DNA from: Octopus vulgaris
Taxonomy: Eukaryota
Direction of reading: 5' to 3'
Length of the DNA stretch: 64,000 bases
Assembly: GCA_951406725.2 (NCBI GenBank)
Contig: OX597820.1
Span: 97,960,001 to 98,024,000, forward strand
The first letter of the stretch is position 1. Each line of letters starts with the position of its first letter. Shown in pieces: positions 42,050-55,688 of the stretch. Below the pieces are notes generated by a model. The model was not told the origin of the DNA and did not search any database. It was given only the letters and a program-made list of their open reading frames with translations. A program made the translations under genes and the position numbers.

Positions 42050-42312
42050 GGGCAGCGGACTCACGGTCAGATGATCGCGGTTTCGATTCCCAGACCGGTC
42101 GTTGTGTGTTTATTGAGCGAAAACACCTAAAGCTCCTCGAGGCTCCGGCAGGGGTGGTGGCGATCCCTGCTGTACTCTTTCGCCGCAACTTTCTCTCACT
42201 CTTTCTTCTGATGGCCTGCTCGCTTAGCCAGCGGGGTGGCGTCATTTGAAGGGTAAAACAATGTGAAGCCCATTGTGACCAGCGATGTGTAGCCTGGTCA
42301 GTCACGTGATCA
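42050..42312 (+). mobile_element. tRNA-derived SINE family C
   Basis: B-box-like ggtttcgattccc head. Core shared with 22100-22332. Flanked by (TA)n. Confidence 0.75.
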
Positions 42313-42314
42313 CG

Positions 42315-42445
<131 letters not shown>

Positions 42446-42622
42446 TGTACAGGAGAGGCTATGTGGCTATGTTAAGAAGTTTTTTTCCCAACCACACGTT
42501 TCCATGTTCAGTTCTACTGCGTGGCATCCTGGGTGAGTGTGTTTCACTATAGCCTAGGACTTTCAATATGTTTGTAAGTGAATTTTTTTAAATGGAAACT
42601 GAAAAAAATCTCGTTGTATATA

Positions 42623-43330
42623 TCTATTATATAAAATCCGTTCTGTCTGTCTGTGTGTGTGTCTTCTATGATCTCGGGCATCCTCCACCCGATTGCGCTC
42701 AAATTTGATATGTAGATACCAACGGTATCAGAGCCAGTATAAGTATTGAAAAAATTACAAAAATTGATTTCAGGTGAGAATGCGATCGATAAAACCGTGG
42801 GAACGTGCATTTGTACGCGCATGTACATCAGCTGTTGCGATCGATACTACGCGTACGCAAGAAAAATGCACGTGCAGTTTGCGCAGACGTTCTCGAGGTA
42901 AAAGTTATCACGGGTCAATGAGCAGGGGATGTTGTTTTTATTTCCGGCATGCCATTGATTCCGTCGGACTGTGTTTACCCGATGAAACGCGTTCAATTCC
43001 CTATTCACCCGAGCTTCGCGATGACCAACAAAGCACAGAGGCAGTCATTGGAAGTCATGGGGTTGGAACTCAGCACTCCCTGCTTTTCGCACGGACAACT
43101 GTATGTGGGGTGTTCGGGGGTTAGCTGTTCGACAAACCTTTTCTACTACGCTCCAGACGGAGTAACAAGGAATGTGGTTTACAAAGCTGCGCTCCACTAG
43201 CTTTTCCATGCCCTTGAACTTCCCGTAAAATAAGTTAGCTTAAAATTAGTTACTTAGTTCCCTAGGTTGTTGCTTTTCATGAAAAATCGGCCCAAGCTGA
43301 TTTCCTACATGATTTATCGGATAAACTTAT
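42623..43330 (+). mobile_element. Non-autonomous Helitron with a Pif1-helicase C-terminal remnant
   Basis: Starts a|TCtattatataaaatccg. Encodes RVQFPIHPSFAMTNKAQRQSLEVMGLELSTPCFSHGQLYVGCSGV (Helitron helicase motifs V-VI). Inserted in a SINE B remnant (42449-42620). The 3' end is uncertain. Confidence 0.85.
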
Positions 43331-43439
43331 TATTGTCCCAGGTACGTTCTCATAAATTCATCATGCTTTTCCATCTAGATTTACCTCCGGCTAACCCATT
43401 TGACCGGTGTTTTATCGACACGAATAGCTGACTGGCATT

Positions 43440-43980
43440 TCTTTGACCCCGGTACCTTACTGCTACTTCATTGACCCTGGGCAGATGAAAGGTAAAGTAG
43501 ACCTCGGCGGAATTTGAAGTCGGAGTGTATAAAGTCGGAACAAAAAACCCCAAACCTTTTTTTCCGGCACTCTAATTATTTTGTCAAGCTCATTGCCTCT
43601 ACGATTTCTTATCTAGGCACAAGCCCAGCACTTTTTAGGAGAGGGGCTGTGTTGATACCATCAACCGCAGTACTTAACTGGTACTTTATTTTATCGACGC
43701 CTAATGGATGTACGTTTACTTTTCCTCACCAAGATTTGAACTTTGAACCTCAAAAAGCAAAGAGTTATAAGAACTATCGGTTTCGAATTTTGGAACAAGG
43801 CCAGTGAGTTCGGGGGAGGGTGTAGATTTATTACATCAACAACAGTACTCAACTGGTACCTATTTTATCGAATCCTAAAGGATGAAAGGCAAAGTCGACC
43901 TTGGCGGAATTTGAACTCAGGGCATAAAGAAAGCGCAGGAAGAAATATCGCTAGGTGCTCTAACGATTCTGCGAGTTCAC
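43440..43980 (-). mobile_element. Cluster of decayed SINE family A copies
   Basis: Repeated gatgaaaggcaaagtcgacc...ggcggaatttgaa segments. Confidence 0.65.
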
Positions 43981-44561
43981 CCCAACCCCTTATAATATAG
44001 TAGTGATAATAACGGCCTTCACGATTAAATATAAAATGTTTTACATATATAAATACGTTTCAATTAGTATATATTTCATATATCTTTCCCTATCTGTTTA
44101 TATTCATTTTTTGTTCAGCCAAGAAATGCACCAAGAAGCGGAATTAGAGTTACCATTTTCGGAATGCGTCAGACCAAAGAGTTAGTCACAAGCAAATAAG
44201 CGTGAAATTACATTTTAAGTATTTGACCTCCATTGACGATCTACATTTTTAAAAAATTAAAATATTAAACTTCCATCTTTATGATTTATTCTCAATGTTT
44301 AATAATGCAGTAAGTTATATAATAAACTTTATATATCTGACAGTCACTCCTACTATAAATATGAATAGTATAATCTCTGTATTGTAAAGTAATACTCCGT
44401 AACACTTTGATGTTCTTGGACTGATACTATGTGGGGTCTTCATGTTCAGGCTGGGATTTAAGGCCGACAGGGGGAACTGGTTTGTAATTGGATACTGAGT
44501 AATTTTCTACAATACTGAAGCACTATATTGACGTAAGCAGTCAAGACGTATGTACACGTGC

Positions 44562-44637
<76 letters not shown>

Positions 44638-44717
44638 GCACAAACATACATGAACCCATACGAGCATTTCTATGTATCTATCAATAATGTGTGTATGTGT
44701 GAGTGCATACACATATA

Positions 44718-45474
44718 CGAGGTGCGTTCAGAAAGTATCCAACTTTTGAAGGAGACACTTTCCCTTCCTACGCATGCGTGAAAATTTCCGCTCTGATAGT
44801 TCGCGTCAGTTCCTGGCTGTTACGCCTAGAGTATCAACGTGTAATGCACGCTCGTTGGATTTCGTTTTCACCTAACACATCAAGTTTTGCAGAGAGCCTG
44901 GTGACATGCAAGCTCAAACCATTTAGAAGATTCGGAAGGACTTTGGCGGATCACATCTCAGTGGAAAGTGAGGAACACTCAGGCAGGCCATCAAGAAGTT
45001 GAAATAAGGAGTCGATTGAAGAGGTTTAGCGAAAAGTCATGGAAGACTGTCGTATAACAATCCAGGAATTTTCTCTCGAAATAGGAATAAGCGTAAGATC
45101 AGAGGATTATTGCATGTGGAGAGTGTCGGCGAAATTCGTCTCCAGGGTAATGGCGGAGCAGCAGAAATTCACATGGAAATCGCTCAGGACATGCTGGACA
45201 GTGCAAACCACGACACAAACTTCATGAAGACCATCATCACTGGTTATAAGACACAGGTTTATGGTCTCTGCCCGAAGCGTTCGGTCATCTTGCGTGAAAA
45301 CGAAAATCCGACGAGTACGCACCACACATCTCTACTCTTGGCGTAACTAGAAACTGAAGTGGCTTAATGGCGGGAACGTTTCACGCATGCGCAGGAAGGT
45401 TGGCGTCACTTCCACCTTAAGGATTTTGCCTACGCGGGAAAAATTAAAGTCGGATACCTTTTGAAAACACCTCG
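44718..45474 (+). mobile_element. Internally deleted mariner with both TIRs
   Basis: ta|cgaggtgcgttcagaaagtatccaac ... gtcggataccttttgaaaacacctcg|ta. Encodes EEHSGRPS, RVSAKFVSR and FMKTIITGYKTQVYG. Confidence 0.9.
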
Positions 45475-45688
45475 TACATGAGCGTGACCGCGTGTGTACC
45501 GTTGGCGATTTTTTTCCCTCTGTCTTCCCTTCTCTGGATCTTTCCTTCTCCTATGTTTCCGACGAAGAGCTCCGCTCGAAAAGTTAAACCCTTCTTCTTC
45601 CCTTCCTTCCTGAGCGTCCAATAATACTATATTTGTTCCACGTCCTCGCATTGTTGTGTTTTCTCTTTGTGTTTTCATGTTTGGATTA

Positions 45689-45692
<4 letters not shown>
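45475..45692 (+). mobile_element. Family H2 HHR-bearing element
   Basis: HHR motif at 45555-45589 (CCGACGA core). Ends in (TA)n. Confidence 0.7.
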
Positions 45693-45768
<76 letters not shown>

Positions 45769-46171
45769 CATACGTGCATCAGTACAAAGGATATTGGTAG
45801 AACATCACCATTAAACGTCCATCAAGCGCAAACATAACAGGCTTGGAGCATATATTTGTGATAAAAAGGAAAAGTCATGTGCAGCTACAGAACATAGTTG
45901 CCTTGCAAATTTCAACATCTCTTTCAAAAACAAGCGAGTCGGAGAAATTCGAAACCTGAAACTTCTCAATTTGGATTATAAATCTACATTCATACAAATA
46001 GTCATTGATACAGTTAGTTAAGCCTAAGTCATAATCTAGAGACTCTAGGATTTTCAAGCAAAGATAGGAACTGCTTAACACGAAGTTTAAAGATACAACG
46101 GGCACCATAAACAGTAAAAATAACGTTTGATATGTAATAATTATTCTTGTTACCCGAAGCCCAACGATGGA

Positions 46172-46259
<88 letters not shown>

Positions 46260-46264
<5 letters not shown>

Positions 46265-46702
46265 TATTATAAAAGGCAGATTTTATCTGCCTCCCTTTGG
46301 GAGTTATACAAATCTACAATATAGCATTTCTTCAATTACAATTTACCTAGCATTTTTGAGAGTACAATGCATCGCGTCATGCCAGGTCCAGTTTTTAAAA
46401 TTTAAACTCCAATTAAGCAAAATTTACAGAAAACTCACATTCTGGTGTGTGTGTCAAATGCTTTTCTTAGTCTGGTTTACACCACACGCAAACGCACACA
46501 CACAGTGGGCAACGAATAAAATGAAAGTAAATAGCGACAGAGTGATTTGAGGAAGACTAAAGTGAAAGTATTCTGTCTATGACGCTGATAGATATATGAG
46601 TAAAATGTATGGGAAGCTAAGAGCTAAGAGTGAGTGAAAATGTTCTTGGAAGAGAGTAATTAGTAATAAAGTAAACATACACTCATACATACATACATAC
46701 AT

Positions 46703-46753
<51 letters not shown>

Positions 46754-46799
46754 TACACACACACACATACATACATACACACATACATACATACATACA

Positions 46800-46831
<32 letters not shown>

Positions 46832-46972
46832 CATACATACACACACGCACATACACACACACACAGTATTGAAGCTTGAGAACAATCAGATACATTTGCA
46901 ACACATCTGTTGAAAATATTATTGTTCACACACATACATATACATATATACATACAGACAGACAGACAGATA

Positions 46973-47006
<34 letters not shown>

Positions 47007-48076
47007 ATCCAGCATGGCCACAACCTCAAGGCTGAAACATATAAAAGAATAACAGAATATAAATGTGTGCAAAGTACAAGAAATATTAATGCAGTATATG
47101 GGGATTGGACAATAAGCGTAAGGCAGTGTCAATGGTGGTTCCAGAAATCCCGAGCCATAAACTACAGCCTAGAAGACGAGCCTCATCCTGAAAGATCTGT
47201 AGAACTCGACAAGGACATCCTGAAAACCCTGGTGGAACAAAATATCATCGTAACTGTTGAGGAACTAGCAGAGAAGCTTGGATTTGGTCATTCAACCATT
47301 CATTGACACCTGTGTGCTATCGGAAAAGTCAGCAAATTGGGTCAATGGGTTCCTCACGAACTTTCCGAGTCTAATTGCATGCAGAGAGTGAATGTATGCT
47401 TTTCTTTGCTGTCACATCTCACCACTACTGCGCTATGTATATCTATATATATAAAACTGTAGTTGTGTGAGTGTCTGTCCCCTTCGATTTAGATTCCTAA
47501 CTACTCCCACATTTTGCGGTACAGTTTAACCAAATTCGGGTAGCTTATAGTCGTGATTCATATCGAGCCCGTCTGAATATTAGCGCGCGTCTACGATGAG
47601 TCTACGATTTTAAAAATAATTTAACATCATTTTTTATTCCATTTTAATGCATAATTTTTCGTGTGTCGATGGCGGCGGAGTTGGCGTCCACGCTCACACC
47701 TGCACCTGTGGGGAAGGGAGTGTAAGGAAATCAACGTCGTAATGCGTTATCAAGGAGACCAGTGTTCTTTTAGAACAACGACTTCATGGCTTGAAGACAC
47801 CAAAACAGAAATGGCTAAGAAAGCGTCTACATGAGTCTACGATTTAAAAAAAATTTACCATCGTTTTTTTCCCATTTTAATGCATTTTTTCGCTGTTATA
47901 TAAGGGAAGTAACTCTCTAAAAATGTCTACGATGAGTCAACGATTTAAAAAAAATTTACCATCATATTTTTTCCATTTTTAATGCATTTTTTGCTATTTT
48001 TTGGCTATAACTCTCTAAAAATGCTTATATAGTTATTTCCCTTACAAACCCGAGCAACGCCGGGCGATACTGCTAG
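46260..48076 (+). mobile_element. Composite non-autonomous Helitron, unit 1
   Basis: 5' a|TCtcttattataaaagg and 3' hairpin cccgagcaacgccggg followed by CTAG. Carries a mariner fragment (~47060-47425) and a second Helitron-like 5' end at 47442. Confidence 0.9.
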
Positions 48077-48521
48077 TCTCTTATTATAAAAGGCAGATTT
48101 TATCTGCCTCCCTTTGGGAGTTATACAAATCTACGATATAGGATTTCTTCAATTACAATTTACCTGGCATTTTTAAGAGTACAATGCATCGCGTCATGCC
48201 AGGTCCAGTTTTTAAAATTTAAACTCCAATTAAGCAAAATTTACAGAAAACTCACATTCTGGTGTGTGTGTCAAATGCTTTTCTTAGTCTGGTTTACACC
48301 ACACGCAAACGCACACACACAGTGGGCAACGAATAAAATGAAAGTAAATAGCGACAGTGATTTGAGGAAGACTAAAGTGAAAGTATTCTGTCTATGACGC
48401 TGATAGATAGATGAGTAAAATGTATGGGAAGCTAAGAGCTAAGAGTGAGTGAAAATGTTCTTGGAAGAGAGTAATTAGTAATAAAGTAAACATACACTCA
48501 TACATACATACATACATACAT

Positions 48522-48561
<40 letters not shown>

Positions 48562-48635
48562 ACACACACACATACATACACACACACATACATACACACA
48601 TACATACATACATACATATACATACATACATACAT

Positions 48636-48681
<46 letters not shown>

Positions 48682-49884
48682 GAAGCTTGAGAACAATCAG
48701 ATACATTTGCAACACATCTGTTGAAAATATTATTGTTCACACACATACATATACATATATACATACAGACAGACAGACAGATAGACACACACACACACAC
48801 AAACACACACATGATCCAGCATGGCCACAACCTCAAGGCTGAAACATATAAAAGAATAACAGAATATAAATGTGTGCAAAGTACAAGAAATATTAATGCA
48901 GTATATGGGGATTGGACAATAAGCGTAAGGCAGTGTCAATGGTGGTTCCAGAAATCCCGAGCCATAAACTACAGCCTAGAAGACGAGCCTCATCCTGAAA
49001 GATCTGTAGAACTCGACAAGGACATCCTGAAAACCCTGGTGGAACAAAATATCATCGTAACTGTTGAGGAACTAGCAGAGAAGCTTGGATTTGGTCATTC
49101 AACCATTCATTGAGACCTGTGTGCTATCGGAAAAGTCAGCAAATTGGGTCAATGGGTTCCTCACGAACTTTCCGAGTCTAATTGCATGCAGAGAGTGAAT
49201 GTATGCTTTTCTTTGCTGTCACATCTCACCACTACTGCGCTATGTATATCTATATATATAAAACTGTAGTTGTGTGAGTGTCTGTCCCCTTCGATTTAGA
49301 TTCCTAACTACTCCCACATTTTGCGGTGCAGTTTAACCAAATTCGGGTAGCTTATAGTCGTGATTCATATCGAGCCCGTCTGAGTATTAGCGCGCGTCTA
49401 CGATGAGTCTACGATTTTAAAAATAATTTAACATCATTTTTTATTCCATTTTAATGCATAATTTTTCGTGTGTCGATGGCGGTGGAGTTGGCGTCCACGC
49501 TCACACCTGCACCTGTGGGGAAGGGAGTGTAAGGAAATCAACGTCGTAATGCGTTGTCAAGGAGACCAGTGTTCTTTTAGAACAACGACTTCATGGCTTG
49601 AAGACACCAAAACAGAAATGGCTAAGAAAGCGTCTACATGAGTCTACGATTTAAAAAAAAATTTACCATCGTTTTTTTTCCATTTTAATGCATTTTTTCG
49701 CTGTTATATAAGGGAAGTAACTCTCTAAAAATGTCTACGATGAGTCAACGATTTAAAAAAAATTTACCATCATATTTTTTCCATTTTTAATGCATTTTTT
49801 GCTATTTTTTGGCTATAACTCTCTAAAAATGCTTATATAGTTATTTCCCTTACAAACCCGAGCAACGCCGGGCAATACTGCTAG
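48077..49884 (+). mobile_element. Composite non-autonomous Helitron, unit 2 (head-to-tail)
   Basis: Junction ...ctgCTAG|TCtctt... at 48076/48077. Ends CTAG|t at 49884. Near-identical to unit 1 except for SNPs and microsatellite lengths. Confidence 0.9.
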
Positions 49885-50055
49885 TATATATATATATACG
49901 GTTTAAGTAATTGAGATTCAAGTGAATTCTAATGAATTCACATGAATATGGTCCTTAACTAGGATGCACCGGAAATCTATATGGTGTTAACCATACGACA
50001 AGTGGGGTGATTACCCCACTTGTCCCTATATATTTTTTTCCTATATATATATATC

Positions 50056-50104
<49 letters not shown>

Positions 50105-50133
50105 CATACACATATAGATATGTATATATATAT

Positions 50134-50206
<73 letters not shown>

Positions 50207-50225
50207 CATATATATATGTATGTAT

Positions 50226-50306
<81 letters not shown>

Positions 50307-50566
50307 GTAATCAAATGAATAATAGCAGACGACAATTATTCATCGTCTTGTTATTATTTATTTGATTATAAAACACCAAAGGGATTTACATCTTGTTGGA
50401 GAACCTAGTGTTGTTTGTCTCTGTGTACACAACTGGAATATCCTATTTGATACGTACTTACCAACAACAGGCCAGAACCAAAGGTTTATCCAACCCTACC
50501 TGGTGCATATCTTTTCAAGTACCCGATTCTACATGAATCTTTTGTATACTATCTGTGTATATATAA

Positions 50567-50962
50567 TCTTTTACTTGTTTCAGTCATTTGGCTGTGGCTA
50601 TGCTGGAGCAAAGCCGTTAGTCGAGCAAATCGACCCCAGGACTTATTCTTTGTAACCCTAGTACTTATTCTATCGGTCTTTTGCCGAACCGCTAAGTTAC
50701 GAGGACGTAAACACACCAGCATCGGTTGCCAAGCAATTTTGTGGACAAACACAGACACACAAACACATACATGCACGTATATACACATATGAATATATAC
50801 GACGGGCTTCTTTCAGTTTCCGTCTATCAAATCCACTCACAAAGTTTTAATCGGCCCGAGGCTATAGTAGAAGACACTTGCCCAAGGTGCCACGCAGTGG
50901 TACTGAACCCGGAGCCATGTGCTTCGTAAGCAAGCTACTTACCACACAGCCACTCCTACGCA
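50567..50962 (-). mobile_element. SINE family B, full copy
   Basis: Homology to 63346-63740. Confidence 0.9.
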
Positions 50963-51078
50963 TATATATATATGCACACACACACACATCCTTAGATCCA
51001 TACATGCAGACGCACACACATACACAGATACATACATAAATACATACATACATACATACACAAACACACACACATATA

Positions 51079-52605
51079 CATTGCGTTTCAAATTGTTAAT
51101 GACGTAACTTTAAAATTATATTTATAAAATACTCGTTGGAATTTAAAGAAATTTCCACAGATGATAGCAACAGTTATATGCATGCATTGTGTAAAAACCG
51201 CGAGATTTTGCCCAAATGTAAACAAACCTGGGCCATTTGCATGGTTTTCACGATCTTTCAGTATTCCAAATTATTAACGAGTAGTCTGATATGAGTAGTA
51301 AATGTGACTTAACTGCTTCAGAGAAATCTGTTATTACTTCTGAACTTGCAGCACTAAAAATATCTAAAATAATTGGAAGATATCACCAAAGTGTGAAAAA
51401 ATTTGTTACACCTCCTACGAAGAGAGACAACAGGGGGTAGTCGAGGGCTGTTTTTCAACGTTCCCTGTTACGAATTAAGCGTGAAGCTGTAAAGAACCCA
51501 GGTATTACAAATGGAGAACTTTTCATTGGCGAAAAAACTGTCCAGAACAACCCGATGTCATCTTCTGAAAAAGGTCGGTAAACCAGTGACATCAGCCTCT
51601 TTCAAACAAAATACACATACAAAATCATCTGAAATGGGTAGAAGATAGCATGAAGGTCGATTTTTCAATTGGATTTTTACGGACAAAACTCGTGCTACCC
51701 TTGATGGATCTGATGGCTGGAGGGATAGGTTGTAAATGGACGTAGTCGTCGTCAGCGCTTGAGACACCAACAAGTGAGAGGAGGCATCATGATTTGGGCA
51801 GGTATTACTGGAGATATTATGGTTAGTCCTTAGAAAGTGTCTGACGGTGTTAAAATGACTTCGGATGCTTACATAGCCTTTCTGAAGGAGCACCTTGAAC
51901 CTTGGTTAAAAATGTAAAGGATCACCTTCAAGACAACCATAATATTCATGCAAGACAATGCACCGTCGCACTCATTGAAGAAGACTACAGAGTATCTGCA
52001 AGAATTAGGCCTCTATGGACCTAGAAAGATGAAGTGGTCTGCCTGTTTCCCCGACTTAAACGCAATAGAAAACTTATGGAGTATTCTAAAGCGACGAGTT
52101 TACGAGAATGGACGCCAATTTAGGAGCATGGACGAACTGTGACAGTCAATAGTGGGTCTATCACGTGGTATACTATCTGAGGAGATCCAGAAATTAGTAT
52201 GTTCTATGGACCAGCGCCTTTTCCAACTTATTTCAAACAAAGGCTCATATATTCCTTACTAACCAGCTCACCTATCATTTTTGAACGCTGTTTGTTTATT
52301 TCCCTTTCTTCCATGTTTATGACTGTATATGTTCATTTCAGTGTGTACATTAAACAATTAAATTTGTATTTTCTTATTTACAGGAGATTTGATTACACCT
52401 CACTATTAATTTGAAACAGGGAAAGTTTACTTAAATTTGGTAAATGACCATAGTTTCTGTGTTGTTTACCAGAACCTCACGATTTTTAGATACCAGGTGC
52501 ATTCAACTTTTGGCATCCTTCTGTAAAAATTTCGTTGAATTCCAATGAGTGGTGTTTTGCATAGAATTTTAAAAAGCCACGTTGTCAATAATTTGAAATA
52601 CAGTG
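51079..52605 (+). mobile_element. Full-length decayed Tc1-family DNA transposon
   Basis: TA-flanked imperfect TIRs (cattgcgtttcaaattgttaatgacg / cgttgtcaataatttgaaatacagtg). Encodes FTDKTRATLDGSDGW, GIMIWAGI and FMQDNAPSH...[23 protein letters not shown]. Confidence 0.92.
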
Positions 52606-52637
52606 TAAACACACACACACACACACACACACAAATT

Positions 52638-52942
52638 CAGGTGTGATTGTGTGATGAAGAAGCTCTCTTTGCAACAACGTAGTTTTGGTTTCATTCCCAT
52701 CGGAGTGGCACTTTATAAAATGTGTCTTCTACTATAGCCTCAAGAAAACAAATGCCTTGTGTGCGTGTGTGTGAGTGTCTTTGATTTGTATTCGTCCCCT
52801 ACCACTGCTTCATGACCGGTATTGTTTTGCTTACCTCTTCGTAACTTATCGACATGGCAGAACAGAACGATAGATACCTGGTTTAAAAATTAAGGTGGTC
52901 CCCCTGTATAGGTGTAGTTCAACGAATAAAACAAGTAAAAGA
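52638..52942 (+). mobile_element. SINE family B, old copy
   Basis: Diverged homology to family B. Confidence 0.6.
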
Positions 52943-52948
52943 TAAATG

Positions 52949-52996
<48 letters not shown>

Positions 52997-53049
52997 GTTT
53001 AAATATTTGTTGTGCAAGATTTTTTATGTGAAGTCGTGTGTCGAAACAG

Positions 53050-53465
53050 ATATTGTTGTATTTAGGAATGGTCATTTTGCCAGTTTAGCCAATAAAAACA
53101 CACGCACTATATATTTGGTGTTACTTTTGCTTCAGTGTTATTTATTTTTTACATTAATCTTAATCCTATTTCGGCCAGAGTTCTTTCGTCACACTCCTGT
53201 GACCGCATCAGTGGTCCTTTGTTTTCTTCTTACTTATTTGTGTCTCTCCTTACTAACCGTTAGTAAAGAGAGACACAAATAAGTAAGAAGAAAACAAAGG
53301 ACCACTGATGCGGTCACAGGAGTGTAACGAAAGAACTCTGGCCGAAATAAAATTAAGATTAATGTAAAACATAAATAACACTGAAAGCAAAAGTAACACC
53401 AAATATATAGTGCGTGTGTTTTATTGGCTAAACTGGCAAAATGACCATTCCTAAATACAACAATA
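53050..53465. repeat. Near-perfect palindrome (~205-bp arms, 1-nt centre at 53258) with HHR-like motifs in both arms
   Basis: tactaac-c-gttagta centre with reverse-complementary arms. cca-CTGATGC-g-gtcac..gt(g/a)ac-GAAA-gaac-TC-tgg at 53302-53341 (+) and 53175-53214 (-). Confidence 0.9.
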
Positions 53466-53678
53466 TATATATATACAAAATGACCACTTCGAAATACAAC
53501 AATATATATATATATAGCAATAATAAATCTCTTAACGAGAAGGGTGACCTCCCTTTGCAAATACCATAAGAGCACAGAAAGTGTGCCTAAAGCCAGCTGG
53601 AGACGATGTTCTCTTGGGGCTACAAGCTACAGTAACACCCACTCTTAGTGGTTAGCCATATTGAGATGGCAAGTATAC

Positions 53679-53717
<39 letters not shown>

Positions 53718-53740
53718 ACACACACATATATTTATATACA

Positions 53741-53795
<55 letters not shown>

Positions 53796-53859
53796 ATACA
53801 AACACACACATATATTGCTACAGCTTTCGAGTAAAATGTATTTATTGTTCACGAATTTG

Positions 53860-54090
53860 TTTCTCCTAGGCATTGGGACTGGAGAAAATTGTCTAGATTT
53901 ACCTTGCCAGATTAAAAGGTTTATTAATGTTCATATACGTTGAGTGTCAAGAAGAAAAGAGCAGATATCTTTTTGAGTCTGTTAGTTTGAACTAGATGTC
54001 GGTTTCAAAGTACGTATCCCTTTTTATGATTAAGATGTCCAAAAAGGGTACCTGGCTTTGATTACCTTCCACAGTGAGATGAATGTAGTG
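53860..54090 (-). pseudogene. Penelope/Neptune-type RT fragment
   Basis: QVPFLDILIIKRDTYFETDI*FKLTDSKRYLLFSS*HSTYMNINKPFNLAR, matching the PLE motif FLD...TDIYxKxTDxxxYL..S.H. Confidence 0.8.
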
Positions 54091-54783
54091 GTTTATGTTA
54101 TTAAGGTTTTAGTGCAGACTCTCTGTCCGCTGGGTGATACAATCACCCTGGTAACGTTTCTAGTTGCCGAATAGGTATTTAAGGATGCCCCCAGGCAGTC
54201 AACCAAATACAAAGTTGGACTATTGCTTAACCAAATTACTGGAGTAATCAGACAGATGGCCAAACGGAACGCTGAACCACACAAAAACAAGGTATATATA
54301 TATTTACAAAACAACATCGGCTTGAGAAACTTCATTTTGCACTTGAAAAGCATGCGATGTACAATTCTCCATACAAAGCGACAAAATATGTAAAAAGTTT
54401 TTTTTTCTTATTTCTTAAAATTTCCATCGCATCTAGTTGTTAATATAACTTGTGATTTAGAAACCTATTGGACTCTTAATTATGTATTATCGTTATGAAA
54501 CTTATTTCCTATTGCATTGAAATATATTGAATGCTTGAATATACATAAATATTTGATTTTTCGAACATGTTTTTATCACTATTGAATTTTCTCTTGTGCA
54601 TTCTCTTAAAATATTTCTCTTGTTTTGTTTTTCATTTATCATTGCGAAATTGTTGATGAAACCGGGATGTTAATTCAATAAATCTGTAAAAAAAATTTTA
54701 ATGCTAAAGATGCAGGTGTATCTTCACCCCTACCAGCCTTGCATGGAAGAGTAACTCTTTTTCTTGTCTGGTTGTCTGTCAGT

Positions 54784-54879
<96 letters not shown>

Positions 54880-54934
54880 GTAAGCATAAATGTCTGCATG
54901 TGTGTGTATGTATATATATATATATATATATATA

Positions 54935-55543
54935 GTAAGCAATTAAGGGTTTAGCAACGAATTGCCTCACCACACACCGAATTTAGAAATAGCAGTCAAA
55001 GAGTTATAGTTATTCTTTCTACTAAAAGGGAGATCTCAGTAAAAACACACCACTTGAATGGCAAACACAGACAGGTAAGAGAGAATGAAATGACGGCAAT
55101 CTATCATACAGTTTTAAGTCACCTACGGACGTACGTTTCGAAATTTCATTCACACTTTGAATTTGGTGATACTGGTAACGGCTTTTAGCTCGCTCTGATA
55201 CTGAGTTGAGATGATGCCTTCTAGTATCTCGAAATTTAATATACAATTATTCATAATTGTAGTGTCCTACGCTCATGAGAAAAGAAGTTGGGTAAGATAT
55301 AATTATCTAATTCTTATGCTTTCCTAAAACTTAATTTCGAAACGTACGTCCGTAGGTGACTTAAAATTGTATGATAGATTGCCGTCATTTCATTCTCTCT
55401 TACCTGTCTGTGTTTGCCATTCAAGTGGTGTGTTTTTACTGAGATCTCCCTTTTAGTAGAAAGAATAGCTATAACTCTTTGACTGCTATTTCTAAATTCG
55501 GTGTGTGGTGAGGCAATTCGTTGCTAAACCCTTAATTGCTTAG
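54935..55543. repeat. Inverted repeat (~210-bp arms) of a PLE-like pLTR with an HHR
   Basis: 54935-55145 is the reverse complement of 55334-55543. HHR motif at 55266-55356. Confidence 0.85.
55266..55356 (+). ncRNA. Type I hammerhead motif with a G5C core change (probably inactive copy)
   Basis: cctacg-CTCATGA-gaaa...tttc-GAAA-cgtacg-TC-cgtagg, with palindromic stem III acgtacgt. Confidence 0.6.
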
Positions 55544-55650
55544 TATTACTTAAATTTTCCTCGAATGAGGCTTTTACATGCCGAAATCTACTTGGTGTAA
55601 TTAATAATTATTCCAAAATAACTAATTTCACCCTATATTGTTACTGATAA

Positions 55651-55688
<38 letters not shown>

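Noticed and set aside
47004-47306. 100-aa and 130-aa ORFs (also 48721-49113) with a mariner HTH, as possible domesticated genes
   Set aside because: They start in microsatellite or SINE sequence, stop prematurely, and are passive cargo of the tandem Helitron.
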